Below are positions 50,310-62,300 of a DNA stretch of 64,000 nt, piece after piece. The stretch covers positions 1,280,001 to 1,344,000 of the forward strand of contig CBDCDS010000003.1 of assembly GCA_965215365.1 (NCBI GenBank), written 5' to 3'. The stretch comes from Gammaproteobacteria bacterium (GTDB lineage Bacteria; Pseudomonadota; Gammaproteobacteria; Eutrophobiales; Eutrophobiaceae). The stretch's first letter is position 1. Each line of letters starts with the position of its first letter. A model generated the notes under the pieces. The model had not been told where the DNA came from, did not search any database, and saw nothing but the letters and a program-made list of their open reading frames with translations. A program made the position numbers and the translations under genes.

Positions 50310-53300
50310 ATGATGTATCGAACGGCAGGCTTTGCGCACCGCCCGGCGCTCGCCGGGTTGCTGCTGTCAGTGGGGGTGGTCCTGGCCGTCTCCGGTCTGC
50401 TCCGGGCCGGGCCCGTTGCAACGCCCGGTGCCCGCCTCACCGCTGGCGACCTGACGGTCTCTATGGACGAGACCGGCCTCATCACCGGCCTGACCGCTCC
50501 GTCCGGGCGCGACTATCACGTGAACGAGCCGCCCACTGCGCTGCTCAGCCTCATTGTTGAAGATAAACCCACCGACCTACCGTCCGCCGGTACGGCCGCC
50601 CACTATCGCCCCCTCCGCTGGCGTTTTACACCCGGGACACCGCAGCTCGGCGAGACCGCGCGCGGCACTTACACGTTTGACTTTGCCGAGCACCTCAGCG
50701 TGACGGTGGCGTTCGTGGAAAAGCCCGGCTATGCCACTCTGGCCGTAACTGCCCTGCACAATCCCGCCGGCAAGGATGTGCGGCATATCTTGTGGGGGCC
50801 GCTCAGTACCTCTATTACCGAGAGTGTCGGCGAGACGGTGGGCGTGGTGCGCAGTCGTGACTTTGCCATCGGCTTATTCGGCACCAATGCCAAGACCTTA
50901 GGCGGCTGGGCGCGCGCATATCCGGCCACGGGGCTCAAATCCTTAGCCGCCGGTGAGGACACCGCCGGGGATGTGCGTACCGTCGCACAGGACTTTGCAA
51001 CCGCCGCGGCGGTGCGCACGGTGCCGGGCAGTATTCTACAAGCCCATACCCAAGACTACACCCAAGGGCGCATGGTGGAGGTGGCGCCCACCGGTGGTCA
51101 GGAAGGGCGCCGCCGGTGGGTACCCGCTCTGACGGGAGAGTTCGCCACAGCCGGGCAACTAGTCGGCTCGCAGGTGGCGTTGTTCGGTGTCGCCGGCACC
51201 GATGCCGCCGCCGTGACGCATGCGTCACGGCGCGAGGCCTTGTATGTCAAGGTGCTGGCGCGCATTGGCGCTATTGAGGTAGGGGAGGGCATGCCCCATC
51301 CGCAGCTCGATAAGGTCTGGGCTAAGCAAGCACTGCGCGCCAATGCGCCGTATTTGCTGTTAGAGGACTTAGACAGTCACAACTTGGACACCGCCTTGCG
51401 CTGGGCTAATGAGCTCGGCTGGGACACGGTCGCTAAAGACGCCTGCTGGGGCGTGTTCGCGCGCGGGGGTGATTTCCCTGTCAGTGACGCCTTCGGCGGC
51501 TCGGACAATGCCTTGCGCTCGGTCATTGAACGCGCCCGCGCCCGACACACCACGCTGGGCGTGGACATCCGCTCGAACTGGTTACCGGCACCCTATGCCA
51601 CGACCCACCTCGGCGGGTTAGCAGCGGCACAACATGCCACCTTAGCCGCACCCGTCACCGCCACGGCCACGACACTGACCGTGGCACCGTTACCGGGCGG
51701 TGATTTGCAGCCCGGGTTCGCCACCACGGGGTACGTGGTCATCGGCACGGAGCTGATGGGTTATACCGAGACCACCCCTGTGGCCGGCAACCTGGTATTG
51801 TCGGGACTCACGCGCGGGGTCGATGCCACCTTAGCCCAGGGCCATGCAGTCGATGCACCGGTCAAGCGGGTGATTCGCAAGACGCAGTGCGGGGAATATC
51901 TGGCCGGCTTGACGCTGATGCGCGGGCGGGTTGCCGAGCGGCTCATCGAGGTACTGGACTTAGGCCTGGGCGGCGTGTCCTTAAGCGGTGCTGAGGCGCT
52001 GGCGGCAGACGGCTACGGTGCGCTGGCGGCGAACCTGGTGATGGACAAAATCTATCGCGCCCTGGCCGACAACGACAACCTCATTACCGAGCTCAGTGTG
52101 CTCACGCCTTATACTTGGCATGTCAACACCCGTGCCGGTGCGGTCAATCAGGACCGGCGCATTTTGTCATCGGGCTTAGCCGCCCCGCAGGTGTCTTATC
52201 CGTGGGGTGCGCAGGTCTCTGCCCGGCGTAATTATCTGGCGCGCCCGATGCTGGGACGCTGGCATATCCCAGACGCCAATGGCTGGCGTTGGGCGCTGGG
52301 CAAGGCCGCCGCGCTCGATGCCGGGTTGGCCTATGTCGGGCGCGTGCGCGATGCGGCCCGGCATGACGCCCCGTTGCGCCGTGAGATTCGCCACTGGCGC
52401 TATGCCGCACTGGCCGGTGCCTTCGATGCGCCCAATCGCTTAGTGATGCAAGAGCGGGGCGCGTATTTTAAGTTAGACCGGGTGCGCCATGCCGGGGCCA
52501 TTGGCCCGACCTGGAAATTATCCGACTGGGCACCGCTCGGCGCCGCCGGCGGGCAGCGCCGCAACAGCCGTTATTTAGCCCCGCAGCTGCGGGGTTTTCC
52601 CACCGCCAACTTAGCGCGTGATGCCGAGGTGACGGTGTCCGGCGCCTTAGCGCCGGAATTTGACGGCGCGCACGCGCTCGATGGGTTCACGGTGACCGGT
52701 CACGATGGCGGTGCCGGGGAATGGGCGCTTGCTGCCGGTGCCCGTGAGAAGTGGATTGAGCTGACCTGGGAGACCCCCCGGCGGGTGCGTGAGATCATAT
52801 TGTTTGACCGCGCCTCCCCGCAGCAGAACGTGCGCGCCGGGAGTTTGACATTGACCCGGGCCGATGGCACCACCACCACGCAGCGGGTCGATGCCTTGCC
52901 GCTGACCGGCGGGGCGAAGCGCATCGCCCTGTCCGACCAAGCGCTGGTCAAGGCGCGTTTCACCCTGCACGCGACCCAGGGTGCCGCCCCGGGCTTAGCA
53001 GAGTTCGCAGTGTTAGGCCCCGCGCCGGTCTATCAGGTTAGCAACTTAGCCACCGGCGCCGTAGTCAGTGGCGTGACAGCCGGTCAGGGCGCGCGCATCA
53101 CTGACGGGGTGATAGCGCCCGGCGCCGAGCCGGCGGCGACACTGACCGGCACTTGGGCACAGTTGGACTTAGGCGGGCTGCATTATATCGGCGGGCTGAG
53201 CGTCTGGCATGCCTTCGGTGACGGGCGGCGCTACCAGGATGTGGTCTTCGAGCTGGCCGACAACCCGGCCTTTACTAACTCGACTATCGTCTTTAACAAC

Positions 53301-56300
53301 GATGCGGACAATTCTCTGGGGCTCGGTGCCGGGACCGACGCCCCGTACACCGAAACTGCCGCCGGCAAGCAGGTGCTGTTCGCCCCGACCCCGGCCCGTT
53401 ACCTGCGACTATGGTCACAGGGCAATACCGTCAACGATGCCAACCACTTAGTGGAAGTGGAAGTCTATGGCACCGGTCACGGCACGGCGACCGCCACGCT
53501 CAGCGCCTCGAGCACCGCGCCCGGGGATCTCCGCGCGGCGATAGACGGCCACCCCGACACCGCCATCGATCTCGGCACCGGCCCACAGTACTTACAGCTT
53601 GACTTAGGCACCCCTCGGCAGGTGAACAGCTTAGTCGTGCTGCGCGAGGGGGACTTGCGCGCCTACCGCAACGTGGTCTATCAGTTATCGAACGACGCCG
53701 ACTTCGCCGACACAGTGACCACGGTGTTTCACAACGACTATGACGCGGTGCACGGCTTGGGCCTCAAAGAGCCGTCCCAAGGCGAGTATGCCGAGACGCC
53801 CAACGGCCACTATGTGCGCTTTGCGCCCCGCCCGGCGCGCTATGTGCGCCTGTATTCCAACGGCTCAGACCGCGACCGCCACAACCGCTATCACGAAGTA
53901 CTGGTGGGCACCGAGCATGCGACCCGGTTGCCCACACCGACGCCGGCCTGGGCACCGGCCGAATCAGCGCAGGCCGACAACACGGCGCGGGCCGACAACG
54001 CAGCGCAGCAGGGCGCCCCGCCCGGCGCCCCAATCCCCGGCCCGGCGGCGGGCGGCGCCGGACTGGGCGCGCGGGCGTTGCTGGGGCCGCGCCAGGATCC
54101 CCCTGGGAAGCTGGTGAGTAACACCGGCGAGGTTGCGAGCAAGACCTTCCGAAACCACATCGCGACAAAATTCACAACGGGCAACTACAGGCGGGGCTAC
54201 GTGATTTCGTCGGTCGGTGTACACCTCGGCTCAGCCTCCCTGCCCTTAGGAACCAGCATTCCCCTGACCGTTAAAATTTTGCGGGGCAGCAGAAACCCCG
54301 GCACTAATGTGGTGGCCGAGCTGGGGGCGCCGGACCGTCTCACTGAGAATGCGGTCAACACCTTTACCGCGCCTGCAAACACAGTGCTGGCCGCCAACAC
54401 GACCTACTTCCTTAGTGTGTCGCCGAAGGGCCTATTAACACGAGCCAACATCCAAGTATCCGCGACCACCTCTGACAGCCAGACGGGTGCGACGGGTTGG
54501 AGCATTGCCAACAGCAGTCGCACCAGCACAAGGGTGCGTGGCAGAGATATCTGGCAGGATGACAACAGCTCTCTCATGTTTGTGATCAAGGGCATCAGCG
54601 CCCCCTTGCGCAAACCCAAGGGTTTTAAGGCAACGCCAGGCAACAGGAAGGTGACGCTGACCTGGACTAACCCGTCCGATAGCACCATCACCAAGTATCA
54701 GTATCGCCAAGGCACGGGCACGACCGTCACCTGGGGCGAGTGGACAAACATTCCCAGAAGTTCGGCCACCACCACCTCACACACCGTGACCGGCCTGGAC
54801 AACGGCACGGCCTACAGCTTTGAAGTGCGCGCCGTGGTCGACACGGAGATCGGTCTGGCCTCGGATGCCGTGACGGCCACGCCGGGCGTCCCCTTGAACT
54901 TCGTCACCTGGCACCTACCCCGTGAAGTGCTTTATTTGAAGGATGCGCCGATATTGGCACCGACGAGACTGCCCCGGGCCGGCAACAACGTGGGCACGGT
55001 GACCTATGCCTTAACACCGGCGCTGCCGACGGGCCTGCAATGGGACGCTAAGGAGCGCACGATTTCAGGCACCCCCACGGTGAACCAGGCGCGCACGCAA
55101 TACACCATGACGGCGACCGAACCTTCAAATGCGAACGCTGTCGACGGCGTCTACACCTTCCACCTGACGGTGGCGGCCGAGGATAACAAGCCCACCTTCG
55201 GCAGTGAGACGCAGGCCGACCTGTTACTGGCAAGAGGCACGGCCATGCCTACCGTCACACTGCCGAAAGCCACGGGCGGTGATGGCACGCTGACCTATCA
55301 GTTATTGCCGTTGAAGTGGAGTAACATGGGCTACAACCAGAACGCGGACCGGGAGAGCAACCAACCCCTGGACTATGCCGGGGTAGCGAACCTGCCGGCA
55401 GGGCTCAGCTTCAATACCACCACCCGCGCGCTGTCGGGCACGCCCACAGCGAACTGGACACGCGCGCTATATACCTTAGTGGCCACGGACGCTGATGGCG
55501 ACACGGCGGGCCTGAACTTCCATGTGGCGGTGGCAAACGCGTTAACCCCGGCCACCAGTTCCAGCACTCTGGAGGTCTGGACGGACGATGCGCTGAGCCA
55601 TGTCAACCGTAATGCCACTAAGCCGGGCTCGCCGTCGACCCGCATTGACTTACATGCGGCGCGCAATGAATATGAGAACGGCCAGATAGTGCTGCGTAGT
55701 GATGCGGATTTGACCATTACCGAAGTGGCGTTTAGTGACCTCACCAGCGGCAGCAACACGATTGCTAAGGCCCACCTTGACTATCGGTTTGTGGAATACC
55801 ACGTGCCGGTGATGCCGACCCGGGCGACCGATTTGCTCTACGCGGCCACTGTTCGTCCTAATCGCCCCGACCCCCTGTCCAATGCTCGCGCCATTATCGT
55901 ACCGGCGAACGTCACCCAACCCATCTTAGTGACGGCGTATGTCCCCAAGGGGCAGGCGGCGGGGACTTATACCGGCGATGTGACGGTCAAGGTCAAGACG
56001 GCGCAGGGAAATCAGACCAAGACCGTGCCCTTGAGCGTGAAGGTCTATGCGGTGCAGATTCCCGATGCCAAGGACAGCGAGTTCTTACAGTACAACTGGA
56101 CCGAGACGAACATGTACTCCGTGCGCAATGATGAGGACATGGGGTTTTCGTACTACGGGATTTATAAGTACTCCGATGACTGGTGGGGCTTAATGGGCAA
56201 CATGGCCGACACCATGTCCAAGCATCGTCAGAACATGACCATTGCCTGGACGGTGGCACTGCTGCGCGACGGCGGCAGTAAGGCCAAGTCCGATGGCACG

Positions 56301-59300
56301 TATGACTGGCAATGGGGGCTGTTCGATAAGTTCATCGACACTTATAACCAGGGTGGCATGTCGCATTTCGGTGGTGGGCATTTGTCGTTCCACTGGGAGG
56401 GCGGCAAACCGCGCAGTTGGGATGCTGCCCGGCATTTCGAGGTGGCGATGCTCGCGCCTGACGCGAACGGTGAGACGCGCATCGGCGGTGCCGTGGTGCC
56501 GACCTCGACGAGCAATGCCGACGACGAGCGCACGGTGGCCCGGGATTGGCTCAATGCTTATCTGCCGGAGCTGGACAAACATATTGCTGCGAAGGGCTTA
56601 CTCGGCGGTGCCAAGCTGCGCGATAAGTGGTTCCAACATCTCGGTGATGAGCCGGGCGGCAGCACTGATATCCAACAATGGGCGTATATGGCAGACACGC
56701 TCAAGGACAACGCGCCCAAGATACGTAATTTAGATGCAGCTCAGACCAGCGTCGGGGGGCTTTTGCAGGCTGCCAATGCGGCCCGGGTGAATGCCTGGAG
56801 TCCTTACCTGATCGAGTTTGACAAGCGCAAAACCTTATTTGCTGACCAGCAGGCGCTCGACAAGCCGGTGTTTGTCTATGTGATGTACACCCCCAGGGAC
56901 AAGAACGACTATAACCGCCTGTTCAACAACCATCTGGTATCGACTTCCACGCTGTATTGGTATTACTTCCGTCATAACTTAGACGGCAATCTGCACTGGG
57001 CACTGAACGTCTGGTCTATTACCGCGGGAGATGCTTCCAAGGGCGATACCCACATCGTCTATCCGGACATCGGCGGGCGCACCCTGCGCTCATCGCTGCG
57101 CTATGAAGCCGAGCGCGGCGGGCTGGAGGACTTAGAGCTATTAAAGCTGTATAAGAAGACCTCTGCCAGCGCGGCTAATACACTGGCTGAGAAGCTCACC
57201 ACCACGACCCGCACCAACCACAACAAGGATGTGTCAACGTACCGCACTGTGCGTGCAGAGTTGCTGAGTGCCGCCACCAATCCCCCAGAGCTGTCGATTA
57301 ACAGCGTAGCGGTATTGGAGGGCCGCACCGCGCGTTTTACGGTGAGCCTGTCGAAGGCGCACACCGCCAACGTCACGGTGCAGGCGGCCACCTCGAACGG
57401 CACGGCCACGGCGGGCAGCGACTACACGGCTAAGACGGCCACACTGACCATTGCCGTCGGCAGCACGAGCGCCACGTTTGACGTGGCCACCAGCGCTGAC
57501 GACGAAGTAGAAGGCACCGAGACCTTCGAGGTGACCCTGAGCGGCCCAACGAATGCCACGCTCAAGGAGGACGGTGACACCGGAGTCGGCGCCCTGCACG
57601 ACGGCGACGGCGGGACGCGCTTCGATGTGCCTCAGAATCACTCGGACGTCACCCGTGGTGGGGGGGCTTGGACGTGGGATTTTGGCCGCAACCCCCCCAA
57701 ATTTGACAACTACGGTAAAAATGGCTATGTCACCGGAGCTAACGGCGCCTATCTGGAATACACCTTTACCGGCACCGGGGTGGACTTTATCTCACAGGTT
57801 GGCCCTAACCACGGGGATGTGGATATCCATATCGACGGCACCAAGATGGCTACCGTGAACTTGTACCAAAGCGGCAGCGTCACCGGCAAGTACGTGGCCT
57901 ACAGCGTGCGCGACCTGACCGCCGGGGAGCATACCATCCGGGTGACTAAGCGGTCTGCTACCTGGCTCATCGTGGACGCCTTCTCTGTGTACGGCGCGCC
58001 CTTGAGCTTCGTTACTTGGCACCTGCCCCCTGAGGTGCGCTATGTGAAGGATACGGCGATATTGGCGCCGACCCGACTGCCTCGGGTCGGCAACGGCGCG
58101 GGGACGGTGACTTATGCCCTGACACCGACACCGCCGACAGGCCTGCAATGGGACGCTAAGGAACGCACGATTTCAGGCACTCCCACGGTGAATAAAGCGC
58201 GCACGCAATACACCATGACGGCGACCGATGCGATAGGTGGTACCAAGGCCTTTACCTTCCACCTGACGGTGGCTAACAAGGACAACAAGCCGACCTTCGG
58301 CACTGCCAAGCAAACCGACCTGTTGCTGAAGAAGGACTCAGCTAGGAGCGTGACACTACCGGCGGCCACGGGCGGCGATGGCACGTTGACTTATCAGTTA
58401 TTGCCGTTGAAGTGGAGTAACATGGGCTACAACCAGGGGGTACGAGAGAACAACCAACCCCTGGACTACGCCGGGGTGGCCAACCTGCCGGCGGGTGTGA
58501 GCTTCGATGCCACCACCCGCGTCCTCTCGGGCACGCCCACGGCGAACTGGACGCGCGCCTTGTACACGTTGGTGGCCACGGATGCCGACGGCGACACGGC
58601 GACGCTGAGCTTCCATGTGGCGGTAGTGACCGCACTGACCCCGGCTACCGGCTCGAGCACCCTGGAGGTATGGACGGACGATGCGCTCAAGCATGTCAAC
58701 CGCGATGCCACCAAGCCGTCCTCGCCGTCAACGGCCATCGCCTTACATGCGGCGCGCAATGAATATGAGAGCGGCCAGATAGTGCTACGCAGTGATGCGG
58801 ATTTGACCATCACCGAGGTGGCGTTTGACGACCTCACCGATGGCAGCAACACGATTGCTAAGACCCACCTTGACTACCGGTTTGTAGAATACCACGTGCC
58901 GGTGATGCCGACTCGGACGACCAAGCTGCTCTACCCGGCTGCTAATCGCCCCGATCCGCTATCGAATGCCCGCTCGATTGTGGTGCCGGCGAACGTCACC
59001 CAACCCATCTTAGTGACGGCATACATCCCCAAGTGGCAGGCGGCGGGCACTTATACCGGCGATGTGACGGTGAAGGTCAACACGGTCCAGGGGGTTAAGA
59101 CCAAAACTGTGTCGCTGAGCGTCAAGGTGTACCCCGTAGGGATCCCCGATGCCAAGGACAGCGAGTTCTTGCAGTACAACTGGACCGAGACGAACATGTA
59201 CTCCATCCGCAATGAAGAGGACATGGGGCGCTCGTACTACGGGATTGACAAGTACTCCGATGACTGGTGGGGCCTGATGGAAAACATGGCCGATACCATG

Positions 59301-62300
59301 TCGACGTATCGTCAGAACATGGCCATTGCCTGGACGGTGGGCTTGCTGCGCGATGGCGGCAGTAAGGCCAAGGCCGATGGCACTTATGAGTGGGACTGGC
59401 GGCTGTTCGACAAGTACATCGAGACTTATAACCAGCGCGGCATGAGCCACTTCGGCGGCGGGCATTTGGCATTGCACTGGACCGGCAAGCCCGGGAGTTA
59501 CAATGGTTATATTGACTTCCAAGTGGCGCTGCTGTCTCGTGACGCAGACGGTGAGACGCGCATCGCCGGTGCCCTGGTGCCGACCTCAATAGCCAATGCT
59601 GACGAGCGCACCGTTGCCCGCGATTGGTTGAATGATTATTTGCCAGAATTGGACACCCATATTGCGGCCAAGACCTTAGTGGGCGGCGCCAAGCTGCGCG
59701 CGCAATGGTTTCAGCATATCGCCGATGAGCCGCACGCGGGCAGCGAAATCGAACAATGGGTGTATATGGCGGACGCACTCAAGGCCAAGGCGCCGAACAT
59801 GCGTAACCTTGATGCGGCGCTGCATGGCATACCGGAACTGGTGAAGAACGCAGACAAGGTGACGGCCTGGAGTCCTTACATCGACAGCTTTGGCCAGAGA
59901 AAAGACTTCTTTGCCCAACAGCAAGCGGCCGGTAAGCCGGTGTTTATCTACGTGTTGGAGATTCCCAGCGGGCAGAATGACCTCAACCGCCTGTTCAAAA
60001 ACTACCTGGTATCGACCACCACGCTCTATTGGCATTACTTCCGCCATAATGCGGACGGCAATCTACACTGGGCGCTGAACGTCTGGTCCATTGCGTCGTC
60101 GAGCGGCAATGAAGGCGATACCCACATCGTGTACCCGGACATTGGCGGGCGCACCCTGCGCTCATCGTTGCGCTATGAAGCCGAGCGGGCCGGGTTGGAG
60201 GACTTGGAGTTGTTAAAGCTTTACAAGGCGGAATCTTCGGACGCGGCCAACACGCTGGCCGACAAGCTGTTAAGCCCCCCAGGCGCCGAGAACCGACAAG
60301 ACCATAATAAAAATTCGTCAGAGTACCGCGCCGTGCGTCAGGAGCTGCTGGAGGCGCTGCCAGCGGTACCGCTGCCGCCGTTGCCTAAGCCCACGGGTTT
60401 TACGGTGACTCCGGGCGGAGGTGAAGTGACGCTCGCCTGGTCTGAGCCTGCCGATAACGGTATCACCAAATATCAGTTCCGTCAGGGCGACGGCGTCCCC
60501 GTTACCTGGGGCGATTGGACGGACATTCCCAACAGCGATGCCGATACCACCTCGCACACGGTGACCGGCCTGACCAGCGGCGTGGCCTACAGCTTCGAGG
60601 TGCGCGCCGTGAGGGGGGCAACGTCCGGCTCGGCCACGGCTGCCTTGACCGTCATGCCGACAGCCCCCCAACTGGTGAGTAACACCGGCGAAGCTGTTGC
60701 GAGCAAGACCTTCCGAAACCACATCGCGACAAAATTCAGAACGGGCAAAGGCAGTGCGGGCTACGTGATTTCGTCGGTCGGTGTACGCCTCGGCTCAGCC
60801 TCCCTGCCCTTAGGAACCAGCATTCCCCTGACCGTTAAAATTTTGCGGGGCAGCAGAAACCCCGGCACTAATGTGGTGGCCGAGCTGGGGGCGCCGGACC
60901 GTCTCACTGAGAATGCGGTCAACACCTTTACCGCGCCTGCAAACACAGTGCTGGCCGCCAACACGACCTACTTCCTTAGTGTGTCGCCGAAGCTCCCATT
61001 AACACGAGCCTACATCCAAGTATCCGCGACCACCTCTGACAGCCAGACGGGTGCGACGGGTTGGAGCATTGCCAACAGCAGTCGCACCAGCACAAGGGTG
61101 CGTGGCAGAGATATCTGGCAGGATGACAACAGCTCTCTCATGTTTGTGATCAAAGGTACCAACCACAGCAATGCGAAACCCACAGAGCTTTCAGCGATAC
61201 CGGGTAACGGCAAGGTGACGCTCAGTTGGGCTGATCCCTCTGATATTACCATTACCAAGTATCAGTATCGCCAAGGCACGGGCACGACCGTCACCTGGGG
61301 CGAGTGGACAAACATTCCCAGCAGTTCGGCCACCACCACCTCACACACCGTGACCGGCCTGGCCAACGGCACGGCTTACAGCTTTGAAGTGCGCGCCGTG
61401 GGAGGGGAGGTGACCGGTCCGGCATCAGATGTTGTGTCCGCCACACCGGTCGTGCCCACTCTGAACTTCGTCACCTGGCACCTGCCCCCTGAGCTGCGCT
61501 ATGTGAGGTATAGGGCTATCCTGGCGCCGACCCGGCTGCCGCGGATCGATGGCGGCACGGGCACGGTGACTTATACCTTAACACCGGCGCTGCCCACGGG
61601 CCTGAAGTGGGACGCTAAGGAACGCACGATTTCAGGCACCCCCACCGCAGATAAGGCGCGCACGCAATACACCATGACGGCGACCGATGCGGCCAGTCGC
61701 ACTGCCACTTATACCTTCCACCTGACGGTCGCCGCCGCCGACAAAAAGCCCACCTTCGGCAGTAAGACGCAGGCCGACCTGCTGCTGAAAAGAGGCACGG
61801 CCATGCCTACCGTCACGCTACCGGCGGCCAGTAGCGGCGACGGCACGCTGACCTATCAGTTGTTGCCATTGCGGTGGACGAATCAGAGCTATAACAAAGG
61901 AGTGCGGGAGACCAACGCACCCTTGGACTACGCCGGGGAGGCCAACCTGCCGGCCGGGCTCGGTTTCAACACCGGCACGCGGGTACTTTCAGGCACTCCC
62001 ACCGAGAATTGGACACGCGCCCTTTATACCTTAGTCGCCACAGACACCGATGGCGACACGGCGGCGCTGAACTTCCATGTGGCGGTGGTGGATGCGTTGG
62101 CCCCGGCCACCAGCTCTAGCGCTTTGAATATATGGACGGACGATGCGCTCAACCGTGTGAACCGCGACGCCACCCAGCCGAACTCGCCGTCCAAGGCCAT
62201 TGCCTTACATGCGGTGCGCAACGAGTATGAGAGCGGCCAGGTAGTCCTGCGCAGCAATGCGGACTTGACCATTACCGAGGTGGCGTTTACCGACCTCACC

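Noticed and set aside
54110-61155. Near-identical duplicated segments as a DGR template/variable repeat pair
   Set aside because: Differences include an indel and non-adenine changes, both copies are coding, and no reverse transcriptase is in the window.
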